A stretch of 64,000 nucleotides of DNA, from the NCBI GenBank assembly GCA_965220965.1, contig OZ244852.1, positions 1,920,001 to 1,984,000 of the forward strand, written 5' to 3'. A program made the translations under genes and the position numbers. Origin of the DNA: Candidatus Marinacidobacterium sp. (GTDB lineage: Bacteria; Acidobacteriota; Vicinamibacteria; Marinacidobacterales; Marinacidobacteraceae). The notes beneath the pieces are model-generated. The model ran no database searches and was not told the origin of the DNA. It worked only from the letters and a program-made list of their open reading frames with translations. This document shows positions 27,704 to 36,801 of this stretch, in pieces. Positions within the stretch are counted from its first letter, which is position 1, and each line of letters opens with the position of its first letter.

Positions 27704-28600
27704 TCATCCAGCGTCCGCTACGTCCAGTGAGCCCGGGAGCCGCGCCTGGCGGGCGGTGAGGCGGGCGAGGCGCACGATGTCGTCAGTGGAGGCGCCCCGC
27801 GAGAGGTCGTTGGCGGGCGCCCGGAGTCCCTGCAGGATGGGACCGGTCGCGTGGGCCCCCGCGAGCCGCTCGACGAGCTTGTAGCCGATGTTCCCCGAAC
27901 CGAGGTCCGGGAAGATCAGGACGTTGGCCCTTCCCGCCACCGGGCTCCCCGGCGCCTTGGACGCGGCGACCCCGGGAACCAGCGCCGCATCGACCTGGAG
28001 TTCGCCATCCACCAGCAGCCCCGGGGCGAGCGCCCGGGCGCGCCGCGCGGCCTCGGCGACCCGGCGGGCGCGCGGGTGGTCGGCGCTGCCGCGAGTGGAA
28101 AAGGAGAGCATGGCCACCCGGGCCTCCATCCCGAGGAGCTGCTCCGCGGTTCTGGCGGTGAGGACCGCGATCTCGGCAAGCTCGGCGGCGTCCGGCTCGG
28201 GCGCCACCGCGCCGTCGGCGAACAGCAGCGGCGGCCGTCCGTCGGGAAACTCCATGAGGAACGCTCCCGACACCCGGGAGACGCCGGGACGCATTCCGAT
28301 GGCGACGAGCGCCGCCCGGATCACCTCGGCGGTCGTGAACACCGCTCCCGCGACGCAGCCCTCGGCTTCGCCGCGCGCCACCAGCGAGTCGGCGAACAGC
28401 AGCGGGTCGCTGGCGGACGCCTCCGGCCGGACCGATTCCACTCCGTCTACCGGCGAAGGATCCTGCGCCCCGTCTTCCGGATCGAACACCAGCACGGGAC
28501 GGGCGAAGCCCGCGTCGCGGATTCGCGAAGCCGCCTCGCGGACGCGCGGATCCGCCGCCTCCGGAAAGACGATCCGGGGAACCCTGGAACGGACGCTCAC
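27704..28600 (-). CDS. pta: Phosphate acetyltransferase (short PTA_PTB type)
   Basis: RIVFPEA.DPR, FADGAV...[47 protein letters not shown] and NDLSRGAS motifs. Confidence 0.92.
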   Translation of the reverse strand: MSVRSRVPRIVFPEAADPRVREAASRIRDAGFARPVLVFDPEDGAQDPSPVDGVESVRPEASASDPLLFADSLVARGEAEGCVAGAVFTTAEVIRAALVAIGMRPGVSRVSGAFLMEFPDGRPPLLFADGAVAPEPDAAELAEIAVLTARTAEQLLGMEARVAMLSFSTRGSADHPRARRVAEAARRARALAPGLLVDGELQVDAALVPGVAASKAPGSPVAGRANVLIFPDLGSGNIGYKLVERLAGAHATGPILQGLRAPANDLSRGASTDDIVRLARLTARQARLPGSLDVADAG

Positions 28601-28920
28601 GGGGACGACTCCGGCGCCGGAGACCCCGGCCCGGTCCCGGAGAACGCGGGAAACGCGGCGGAAAGCCGGAAACTCCGCACCGGAATCAACAGTTCGCGGA
28701 TAGGATACCGCCTCGTAGTATGGCTGCTACGTCAGCCGACTGGACGGAGCCCGGAACATTCCGCCGGCTCCAGCGTAGCGCCTCAAAGGGCAGCCCCGTG
28801 GTTTCCGAACGGGAAACCGCTCCGGAAAAGGAGCCTCGAGACCGGGCGGTCAACACCCCCGCTCGACAGGCGCGACCCGCGCCGGCCCGCCGAGGCAGAC
28901 CCCGCAGAGGGAGGAAGCGA

Positions 28921-29256
28921 ATGAACATCACGAAGCGCCAGGAAGACGGAGTCGTCATCCTGGATCTGGACGGCAAGATCGTCCTCGGAGAAGGAGACGA
29001 GACCCTGCGGAATTCGGTCCGCGAGGTCGTCGGCGCCGGACACCGGAAGGTCGTCCTGAATCTGGCCCGGGTGCCCTATGTGGACAGCGCCGGGCTCGGA
29101 GAACTGGTGCGCTGCCACACCCGGGTCGTCCAGGCCGGGGGCAGTGTCAAGCTGCTGAACCTGACGGCGCGTCTTCAGGACCTGCTGCAGATCACGAAGC
29201 TGGTCACCGTCTTCGACACGTTCGAGACCGAAGAATCCGCGATCGCGAGCTTCTGA
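28921..29256 (+). CDS. STAS-domain anti-sigma factor antagonist
   Basis: VVLNLARVPYVDSAGLGELV, VKLLNL, LQITKL; RBS GGAGG. Confidence 0.92.
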   Translation: MNITKRQEDGVVILDLDGKIVLGEGDETLRNSVREVVGAGHRKVVLNLARVPYVDSAGLGELVRCHTRVVQAGGSVKLLNLTARLQDLLQITKLVTVFDTFETEESAIASF

Positions 29257-29539
29257 GCGCGCTGCGGCGAGCGTCCGCGGCGTCGGCCGGCCCCTCGCGG
29301 AAGCGCCGCCCGACCGGGTCCGTTTCCCGGGCGGCGACGCCTCCATTCCCGCGGAGCCTGAAGACGGCGGCCACCGCTCTACCTGCGGGCTGCGCTCCCG
29401 GGCATGGTCCGCGAGGCGGCGCAACCCGTCGCGGGCGGTGGAATCGGTGAACGCCGTTCTCCCCCGCGGAGAGTCCCGGACCTTCGCCGCGCGCCGCCCA
29501 AAACAAGCCCCGCCCCGACGGCGGGCCCGAAGGAGACCC

Positions 29540-30256
29540 ATGGCGAGTTCCGCCACCGCAGACGCCGCGACCAGGACGCCGGCGTCCCCCAACGAGAACG
29601 AACAGCCGGCGAACGCGCCGGACGTCGAGTCCATCATGGCGGCGATCCGCCGCACGACCCGGGAACGGGACGAAGACACCGGGACGAGCGAGCGCGAGTT
29701 CAAGTCGCACCTGCGGCGGCGGATGCTGAAGCCGCTGAGTTCGCGGGGCTTTTCCGAAGACTTCATCGAGGGCGTCCGCTCGCGCGAACACGACCGATGG
29801 AACATCAGCTTCGAGTCCCGGGACCTCGGCGGCGGCGACTCGACGCTGGCGCGCGTCATCCGGACGCTGCTGTCGCCCTTCCTGCGACTCGCGCTGAACA
29901 CCCGCCCGCTCGCCGAATTCGCGGCGCGTCAGGCGGAGATCAACGAGTACCACCGACGGCTGCTCTGGGCCACGAACCGTGACCTCGAGATGGCGCGACT
30001 GGAACTGGAGGCGGTGAAGCGCGAGTTGCGCAAGCTCGGCGTGAACGTGGACATCTCCTTCGCGGTCGGACCCGCGAGCGCGCCCGGTCCGGGGCGCGGA
30101 GGATCGCCTTCCCGTTCCGGTCCGGGCCGCGGCCGCGGTGACGGACGCTCCGGACGCGGCGGCTCGCGACGGGGCTCGCGGTCCGGACGCGGCGGCCGCT
30201 CGGGCGATCGCCGAAGCTCCGACCGCCCGAGCCGGAGCGGAGGGAGAGAGCGGTGA
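29540..30256 (+). CDS. Hypothetical protein with coiled coil and Arg/Gly/Ser-rich C-terminal tail
   Basis: RBS AGGAG before ATG 29540; PDVESIMAAIRR N-terminal motif; GTGA overlap with the next gene. Confidence 0.7.
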   Translation: MASSATADAATRTPASPNENEQPANAPDVESIMAAIRRTTRERDEDTGTSEREFKSHLRRRMLKPLSSRGFSEDFIEGVRSREHDRWNISFESRDLGGGDSTLARVIRTLLSPFLRLALNTRPLAEFAARQAEINEYHRRLLWATNRDLEMARLELEAVKRELRKLGVNVDISFAVGPASAPGPGRGGSPSRSGPGRGRGDGRSGRGGSRRGSRSGRGGRSGDRRSSDRPSRSGGRER

Positions 30257-31644
30257 GGCTGGCCTTCGTCGTCTCCCGCTTCGGATCCCCCGAGCCGTCA
30301 GCCCCTGAGATCCTCGCGCGCGAATTCGTCGAGCGGGCGCCAGGCCACTGGCGCGCCACCGTCCTCACGACCGGGACGGCAGGGGGCGCCGCCGACGGGG
30401 CGCCGGCGGAAGCCCGGACGCCGCAGCTCCGGATCCGCCGGTTCCCCACCGCCGGGGACGCCGGCCGGCCAGAAGAAAGGACTTCCCCGGAGCTCCTGAA
30501 GCATCTCGAGGAACGGGGGCCGGACTACGACCTGGTCGTGGTCTTCGGAGTGGACTCCCCGGTCTGCCGGGAGGCCGTCGGGATCGTCGAGGGTCGCACC
30601 GTGCTCCTGCCGTTCGCCGACGAGGAGACGGTCGAGTCCGACCTCGATGAGGTCTTCGCCGGCGCGGCCGCGTTCGTCTTCGGGAGCGACGCCGAGGAGC
30701 GGCTCGTGCTGCGGCGGTTCACCGTCCACCGCCGCATGCGCGAGACGGTTCGCTTCGCGGCGATGCTGCCCAGCGTCGCGGAGCCGGAGGCCTTCCGCCG
30801 ACGGTCCGGTTCCACCGGAGCGCACCTGGTGCACCCGGGTCGCCTCGAACCTGGGCGCGGAGCGGAAGAGCTGCTCCGCTACTTCGTCACCTTCCGGGAG
30901 CGACTCCCGGAGGCGCACCTCGAACTCGTGCTGTTCGGCCCCTCGCGCATCGCGACGCCGCGACGATCCGACATCCGGCTCCTCGTCCCGAAAAGCGGTC
31001 AGGAGCGACGCGACGCCGTGGCCAGCGCCCTCGCCGCGGTGGTTCCCGCAAAACTGGCCGACGCCTCGGCGGCGACCGAGCCGTTCCGCCTCGGCGTCCC
31101 GCTGGTGGCGACCGCCTCGGCGGAAAACCTGGTCAACACGCTGAAGGCTTCGAACGGCGGACTCTTCTACCAGAACTACGACGAGTTCGAACTCATCCTC
31201 CGGCGCGGCCTTCAGGAACCCGACCTGTTCCGGCGCATGGGCGCCGCCGGCCAGCGCCACCTGACGTCGAACAACGACTGGAACGCGGTCATCTCCCGTT
31301 GCGACCGGGTTCTCCGCAGCTTCGCCCGGCCCACGCTGGGCGATCCTCCGGACGCGCAGCCAGCCACCGCGGCGGCGCCCGACGACTCCGTCGGGGATGA
31401 GCATGCGGGCGAGGTCCCGGCGCAGGCCCCGCCGGACGCGGGGGAGTCCCCGGACGCCGCGCCGCAGCCCGAAGACGCCGGACCCGCCGGCGTCGAGGAG
31501 GCGGCGCAGGCAACGTCGGATGGCGGCGAGCCGGAAGAGACCGGGGGTCCCGCTCCCGAAGCGGAAGAATCCGGGAGTCAGGCGCCGGAGGAAGAGGGCG
31601 CCGAGCCGGCGCTTCCCGGCTTCTTCGGGTCGTCGATCCGGTAA
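30253..31644 (+). CDS. Glycosyltransferase family 4-like protein, degenerate, with acidic tail
   Basis: MRLAFVVSRFG, GRLEPGRG.EELLRYF, GVPLV, SNGGLFYQNYDEF and MG.AGQ motifs; the EX7E motif is not intact. Confidence 0.75.
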   Translation: MRLAFVVSRFGSPEPSAPEILAREFVERAPGHWRATVLTTGTAGGAADGAPAEARTPQLRIRRFPTAGDAGRPEERTSPELLKHLEERGPDYDLVVVFGVDSPVCREAVGIVEGRTVLLPFADEETVESDLDEVFAGAAAFVFGSDAEERLVLRRFTVHRRMRETVRFAAMLPSVAEPEAFRRRSGSTGAHLVHPGRLEPGRGAEELLRYFVTFRERLPEAHLELVLFGPSRIATPRRSDIRLLVPKSGQERRDAVASALAAVVPAKLADASAATEPFRLGVPLVATASAENLVNTLKASNGGLFYQNYDEFELILRRGLQEPDLFRRMGAAGQRHLTSNNDWNAVISRCDRVLRSFARPTLGDPPDAQPATAAAPDDSVGDEHAGEVPAQAPPDAGESPDAAPQPEDAGPAGVEEAAQATSDGGEPEETGGPAPEAEESGSQAPEEEGAEPALPGFFGSSIR

Positions 31645-33546
31645 TCAGCCCCCCCGGGCGACCCTGACGGCGGCCCGGCGCACGGCGCGGATGGCGCGCC
31701 GATGGAGATCGAACGCCGTGCGGCTGCCCTCCATCCGGTAGGAAGCCTTCCAGAGCTTCCGGAATCGTCGAAACAGATCCGCCTGCCGATCGGCGAGCCT
31801 CCGCAGGCCCTCGGCCAGATCGGGATCGGGGCGCCGGACCTCCGACGCATGCCACTCCCGCACGCGGAGGGTGAGGACGCCGCGTTCGGCCGCGAGCCGG
31901 GAAGCGTCGAGGGCCCAGGCCCACTCGCCGCCCACCGGATCCGGGGGAAGCCGGCCTTGCCGGACCTCGGCGTCCAGTTGCTCCAGTTCGCGCCCGGTGG
32001 CCTCCAGCGCGTCGCGGCGCGGAATCCGGGCGCCGCGCGCCAGCCTGGTCTCGAAGAAGACGGTCTTGAGCGGCGAGTGGTTGAAGTGGGAGAAGCCGAC
32101 CCGGTGGAGCCTCCCGAGGCGGGCGGCGAAGGATCCCGCGAGTCCCGACGGGTCCCCCATGAAGTGTTCGGAGAACGCGGCTTCGATCCCGGCCTCCGGC
32201 CGGTCCTCGTCGCCCCACGCCGCCTCGGCGCCCACCGCCAGCGGATAGAGCGACCCGGAGAACAGATTGAAGTGCCCGCCGTCCCCCCAGTCCGTCAGGA
32301 TCACCCCTTCGGCGCCCCACCGGCGCGCCGCCCGGGCGTGGCCGCGGATGTTGGGAAGCGCGGTGTCGAGCCGGGGGAAGAGGCTGCTCCACGACGAGGT
32401 CCCGGAGACCGTGAGGAAGGGGCGGCCGGCATCGCGGAAGCGGGAGACCCGGTCGAAGTCGTGGTCGGGTTCGTACCACCAGTCACACAGCACGATGTCC
32501 GGATCCAGGCGGTCGAGCGCCTCCGGGTGGTCGGCGAGCACATCGGCCCAGATCATCGGTCGCCTGCCGAGGTCCCGCGCCATCGCGGCCACGCGGTTCA
32601 CGTGCCCGGCGAACACCGCGGCCATCCCCTCGCTGGCGGCGCGGTCCGACGACCGCCCCCGACCGAGGTCGACGGGCTCGTCGCAGTTCAGATGCGCCCA
32701 CCGGGACGCGAAGTGCGGCAGGTGGTCCGCCAGCAGATCCCCAAGCAGGGCATAGGCGCCCGGCGCCTCGGGCGAGATCGACCAGAGCCGATCCGACTCG
32801 GCGAGGTCGCGGTAGCGCTCCATGCCCAGGATGCGCCGCATGTGGCCGAACGTCTGCAGGCAGGGGATCAGCTCGATCCCCTCGGCGCGAGCGAAGGCAT
32901 CGAGTTCGCGGATCTCCTCTCCCGAGTACCCCCCGGACCCGGCCCCGATGTCCGGGTGGGAAGGAAACTGGAAGGTGTGCTCGGTGTAGAGGAACAGCTC
33001 GTTGTAGCGGAGCCGCGCGAGGAGCCGCACGAGCGCCTTCGCCGACGCCATGGTGGGGACCCGTCCGCGGGAAATGTCGAGCAGGAACCCGCGTCGCCGG
33101 AGCGCGGGAAGATCCTCGATCTCGACCGCCGGAACCGACCCGTCCGGGTTCGCGAGCTGGGCGAGCGTCTCGGCGCCGTAGCGAAGTCCGGGAACTCCCT
33201 CGCCGCGGATTTCGGCGCCGTCGGGCCCCACCCGGAGCGAGTAGCCGGCCCCTGTCCCCCGGACCCCGCTCTGTCGTCCGGTTCCGCGGTGACCGGCCTC
33301 CGGATCGAGGGCGAGGTTGATGTTCGGTCGAACCGCGCCCTGCGATCCGACCGCCAGCCGGAGGCCGGTCCGCTCCTCGAGCCGCTCGATCAGTCGCCCG
33401 ACGGCTTCGGCCGCGCCGGGGAAATCCCCACGCGCCGCGACCCGCGCGCCCGGGGCGAGCGAGAGCGCCCCGGGGCGACGCGCCGCGTGGAGGGGCGAGG
33501 GAAGCAGCCGGGAAAGGTCCCCCGAGGCGCCCGGCCGATCACCCAC
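31645..33546 (-). CDS. Glycoside hydrolase family 20 (beta-N-acetylhexosaminidase-like)
   Basis: IEDLPA..RRGFLLDISRG, LYTEHTF, IELIPCLQTFGH, HLNCDE catalytic pair, PMIWAD, TDWGD.GH. Confidence 0.88.
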   Translation of the reverse strand: MGDRPGASGDLSRLLPSPLHAARRPGALSLAPGARVAARGDFPGAAEAVGRLIERLEERTGLRLAVGSQGAVRPNINLALDPEAGHRGTGRQSGVRGTGAGYSLRVGPDGAEIRGEGVPGLRYGAETLAQLANPDGSVPAVEIEDLPALRRRGFLLDISRGRVPTMASAKALVRLLARLRYNELFLYTEHTFQFPSHPDIGAGSGGYSGEEIRELDAFARAEGIELIPCLQTFGHMRRILGMERYRDLAESDRLWSISPEAPGAYALLGDLLADHLPHFASRWAHLNCDEPVDLGRGRSSDRAASEGMAAVFAGHVNRVAAMARDLGRRPMIWADVLADHPEALDRLDPDIVLCDWWYEPDHDFDRVSRFRDAGRPFLTVSGTSSWSSLFPRLDTALPNIRGHARAARRWGAEGVILTDWGDGGHFNLFSGSLYPLAVGAEAAWGDEDRPEAGIEAAFSEHFMGDPSGLAGSFAARLGRLHRVGFSHFNHSPLKTVFFETRLARGARIPRRDALEATGRELEQLDAEVRQGRLPPDPVGGEWAWALDASRLAAERGVLTLRVREWHASEVRRPDPDLAEGLRRLADRQADLFRRFRKLWKASYRMEGSRTAFDLHRRAIRAVRRAAVRVARGG

Positions 33547-33694
33547 ATCCGGACTCTATTCCACCGTTCGGCGGAGGGATCGCGCGGCGCGAGCCTCCCC
33601 CCGGATCGCTCCTGGCGTTCGGGCCGCCGCGCCGGCCGCCGCCGGGGGCTGCTGGTATCCTGCGCTCCGACCGTCGCCGACACGAGCCCCAAGT

Positions 33695-34375
33695 TTGGAC
33701 TCCTGGGAGATCGCCGCCCGAGCCGCCTCCTGGGCGAAACCCGGCATGGTCCTGGGCCTGGGAACCGGTCGGGCCGCCTCGCGTTTCGTCCGCGAGATCG
33801 GCCGCCGCGTCCGTGGCGGCCTCGACATCCGCGGCGTGCCCACGTCGCTCGCGACCGAGGCGCTCGCCCGCGCCGAAGGCATCCCGCTCGCGGGCTTTGA
33901 CGAGGTCTCGGGGGTGGATCTCGCGGTGGACGGGGCCGACGAGGTCGGTCCGGGAGGCGAACTCATCAAGGGCCACGGAGGGGCGCTCGTCCGCGAGCGG
34001 GTGGTGGCCGCCGTATCCAGGCGCTTCGTCGTGCTGGTGGGCCCCGAGAAGCTGTCCCCCGGGCTCGGGACGCTCTGCGCGGTTCCGGTGGAGGTGATCC
34101 CTTTCGCCGCCCCCCTGGTCGAACGCCGCCTGGCGGAGTGGGGCGCGGAGGCCCGGCTGCGGCGCGCGAAGGACGGTTCGCCGGCCCGCTCGGACAACGG
34201 AAATCTGCTGGTGGACGCCTCGTTCGGTCGGATCGGCGACCCCGGGACGCTGCACGCCGCGATCCGCCGGATCCCGGGAGTGCTCGACTCCGGCCTCTTC
34301 CTCGGCATGGCGGAGCGCATCCTGATCGAGGGCCGCGAGGACCTCGTCCCGGCGCGGGGCGAGAGCTCGTCGTGA
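33695..34375 (+). CDS. rpiA: Ribose-5-phosphate isomerase A
   Basis: GMVLGLGTG, VPTS.AT, DLAVDGADEV, IKGHGGAL.RE, PVEV, SDNGN, IPGV..SGLF; start (TTG) uncertain. Confidence 0.93.
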   Translation: MDSWEIAARAASWAKPGMVLGLGTGRAASRFVREIGRRVRGGLDIRGVPTSLATEALARAEGIPLAGFDEVSGVDLAVDGADEVGPGGELIKGHGGALVRERVVAAVSRRFVVLVGPEKLSPGLGTLCAVPVEVIPFAAPLVERRLAEWGAEARLRRAKDGSPARSDNGNLLVDASFGRIGDPGTLHAAIRRIPGVLDSGLFLGMAERILIEGREDLVPARGESSS

Positions 34376-35121
34376 GCGGCGCCGCGATCTCGTTCCGCCA
34401 GGTGAGCAAGTCGTTCGGCGGGAAACCGGTCCTGGAGGGCGTCTCCCTCGAAGTGCAGCCGGGCGAGGTCTGCGTGCTGCTGGGCCCCAGCGGCGGAGGC
34501 AAGACCACCATGCTCCGGCTGGTCAACCGGCTGGTGACCGCCGACGCCGGCGAGGTGCTCTTCGGCGGCCGGGATGTCTCCGGCTGGGATCCGGTGGATC
34601 TCCGGCGACGCATCGGCTACGCGATCCAGAGCGTCGGCCTGCTCCCCCACCTGTCGGTGGAAGCCAACGTGGCGCTCGTCCCGCGCCTCCTCGGCTGGCC
34701 TCCGGCGCGCCGGAGCGCCCGCGCCGCCGAGATGCTTCGCCTCGTCGGGCTCGATCCCGCCGACTTCGGGGGCCGGCGGCCGTTCCGGTTGTCGGGCGGC
34801 CAGCAGCAGCGGGTCGGAGTGGCGAGGGCGCTGGCCGCTGATCCCGAGGCGCTGCTCCTCGACGAGCCGTTCGGCGCGGTCGACCCCATCGCCCGCCGCC
34901 GGCTCCAGGACGAGTTCCGCGACCTTGCCGCCCGGCTGCGCAAGACCGTCCTCTTCGTGACCCACGACGTGAACGAGGCCTTCCGGCTGGCGGACCGGAT
35001 CGCGGTCATCGCCGACGGGGCGCTCCAGCAGGTCGACGAGCCGGAGGCGCTCCGCGCCCGGCCCGCGACCGACCTGGTGCGGGCGCTGCTCCGCGGCGCG
35101 CCGGCGGAGACCCCGCCGTGA
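34372..35121 (+). CDS. Osmoprotectant ABC transporter ATP-binding protein
   Basis: GPSGGGKTT, LRRRIGYAIQ, LSGGQQQRVGVARALA, LLDEPFGAVDPI and FVTHD motifs. Confidence 0.93.
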   Translation: MSGAAISFRQVSKSFGGKPVLEGVSLEVQPGEVCVLLGPSGGGKTTMLRLVNRLVTADAGEVLFGGRDVSGWDPVDLRRRIGYAIQSVGLLPHLSVEANVALVPRLLGWPPARRSARAAEMLRLVGLDPADFGGRRPFRLSGGQQQRVGVARALAADPEALLLDEPFGAVDPIARRRLQDEFRDLAARLRKTVLFVTHDVNEAFRLADRIAVIADGALQQVDEPEALRARPATDLVRALLRGAPAETPP

Positions 35122-35777
35122 GCCTCTCCGCCTTCCTCGCCCAGCGCTGGCCCGAGATCGTGGAGCTGACCCTCCAGCACATCGCCCTCGTCGCGATCTC
35201 GGTGGGGACGGCGATCGCCCTCGCCGTGCCGCTCGGCCTGGCGATCACGCGGGTGCGCTGGCTGGGGCGTCCGCTCCTGGGCTTCGCCGGCGTGATCCAG
35301 ACGGTCCCCTCACTGGCGCTCTTCGGACTGCTGCTCCCGCTCCCGCTGATCGGCGGGCTGGGGAACCACACCGCGATCATCGCCATGATCCTCTATGCCC
35401 TGCTTCCGATCCTCCGGAACACCGTGACCGGCGTGCGCAGCGTGGATCCGGGGATCCTGGAAGCGGCCGACGGGATGGGGATGACCGACCTGCAGCGGCT
35501 CGCGCTGGTGGAGCTTCCGCTGGCGCTCCCCACCATCTTCGCCGGCATCCGGATCGCGACGGTGGTCGGGGTGGGCCTGGTGACGATCGCCGCCGCGGTG
35601 GGCGCCGGAGGCCTGGGTTCCTTTATCTTCCGCGGACTCGCGATGCTGGACACCCGCCTGCTGCTCACCGGGGCCATCCCCTCGGCGATCCTCGCGCTGC
35701 TCGCCGACGGGTTGCTCTCGCTGGTGGAGCGACGGCTCGCCGCCTACGGCGGCGTCGGCGCCGCGGAGGCCGCGTGA
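35118..35777 (+). CDS. Osmoprotectant ABC transporter permease
   Basis: QTVPSLALFG, YALLPILRNT, EAADGMGMT, VELPLALP.I.AGIR and GAGGLG motifs. Confidence 0.93.
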   Translation: MSLSAFLAQRWPEIVELTLQHIALVAISVGTAIALAVPLGLAITRVRWLGRPLLGFAGVIQTVPSLALFGLLLPLPLIGGLGNHTAIIAMILYALLPILRNTVTGVRSVDPGILEAADGMGMTDLQRLALVELPLALPTIFAGIRIATVVGVGLVTIAAAVGAGGLGSFIFRGLAMLDTRLLLTGAIPSAILALLADGLLSLVERRLAAYGGVGAAEAA

Positions 35778-36676
35778 TGCGCCGGCGCGAGGTCCTGGCG
35801 CGGGGCCTGCCAGCCGCCCTGGGAGTGGGCGCGGGCCTCCTGGCGTCGCGCTGCGGTCCTGCGGGGCCCTCCGCCCGGGTGGGCTCCAAGACCTACTCGG
35901 AGCAGCTCATCCTCGGGGAAATGCAGGCCCAGCTTCTGGAGACCGCCGGAGTCCAGGTCACCCGGCGGCTGGGGGTGCAGACCTTCCTGCTCCACGAGGC
36001 CATCGTGCGGGCGGACCTCGAGTGCTACGTCGAGTACACCGGAACCGCCTGGACCGCGATCATGCACCAGCCCTTCGAAGCGGGAACGACGGCGGCCGAG
36101 ATCTACCGCGGCGTGAAGCGCCTCTACGCCGAGCGGCACGGTCTGCTGCTCTCGGAGCCGCTCGGGTTTTCGAACGACTACGTGGTGGCGGCGACGCCGA
36201 CGGCCGCCGAGGAGCACGGCCTCCGGACGCTTTCCGATCTGGCCCGGACGTCGGGGCTCACGCTGGTCGCCGGCTACCCGTTCTTCGAGCGACAGGACGG
36301 ATTCCGCGGCATGGTCTCCTGGTACGACTTCGCGTCGGTTCCGGAAACCGTCGAAGTGGACCTCGACCTGGTCTACCAGGTGGTCGAGGCGGGGGAGGCG
36401 GACATCCTGGTGGGGAATTCGACCGATGGCCGGATCACCAAGCTGGGGCTCGTCCCGCTCGAGGACGACCGGTTGTGGTTCCCGCCCTACGAGTCGGCGC
36501 TGGTGTACCGGCCCGAGGCCGACCCGGCCGTCCACGCTCTCGGCGATCTGCTCGGCGGGCAGTTCGACAACGCGACGATCCGGTCGCTGAACGAGCGGAT
36601 CGATCTGGGCGGAGAGGACCCGGCGCGGGTCGCCGCCGACTTCATCGCGCGCCGGGGTTTGACGTTAGCGAGCTGA
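35777..36676 (+). CDS. Glycine betaine/osmoprotectant ABC substrate-binding protein
   Basis: VGSKTYSEQLILGE, YVEYTGT, LEDD...FPPY; twin-Arg signal with a Cys (possible Tat lipoprotein). Confidence 0.9.
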   Translation: MRRREVLARGLPAALGVGAGLLASRCGPAGPSARVGSKTYSEQLILGEMQAQLLETAGVQVTRRLGVQTFLLHEAIVRADLECYVEYTGTAWTAIMHQPFEAGTTAAEIYRGVKRLYAERHGLLLSEPLGFSNDYVVAATPTAAEEHGLRTLSDLARTSGLTLVAGYPFFERQDGFRGMVSWYDFASVPETVEVDLDLVYQVVEAGEADILVGNSTDGRITKLGLVPLEDDRLWFPPYESALVYRPEADPAVHALGDLLGGQFDNATIRSLNERIDLGGEDPARVAADFIARRGLTLAS

Positions 36677-36697
36677 CCTCGGAACCCGCCGGTTCCG

Positions 36698-36726
36698 TTG
36701 ACGATGGCGGCCCAATCCGGTAATTT
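36698..36726 (+). promoter_or_regulatory. Putative sigma70 promoter for the nuoL-nuoM-atp unit
   Basis: TTGACG (36698-36703), 17-nt spacer, TAATTT (36721-36726). Confidence 0.6.
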
Positions 36727-36801
36727 TCGCGCCCCGGGCGGAAATGCCAGGCAGGCGTTGGCCGGGGCCCTCCGCAGCACTCCTCCCCCCGCGCACTTCC
36801 G

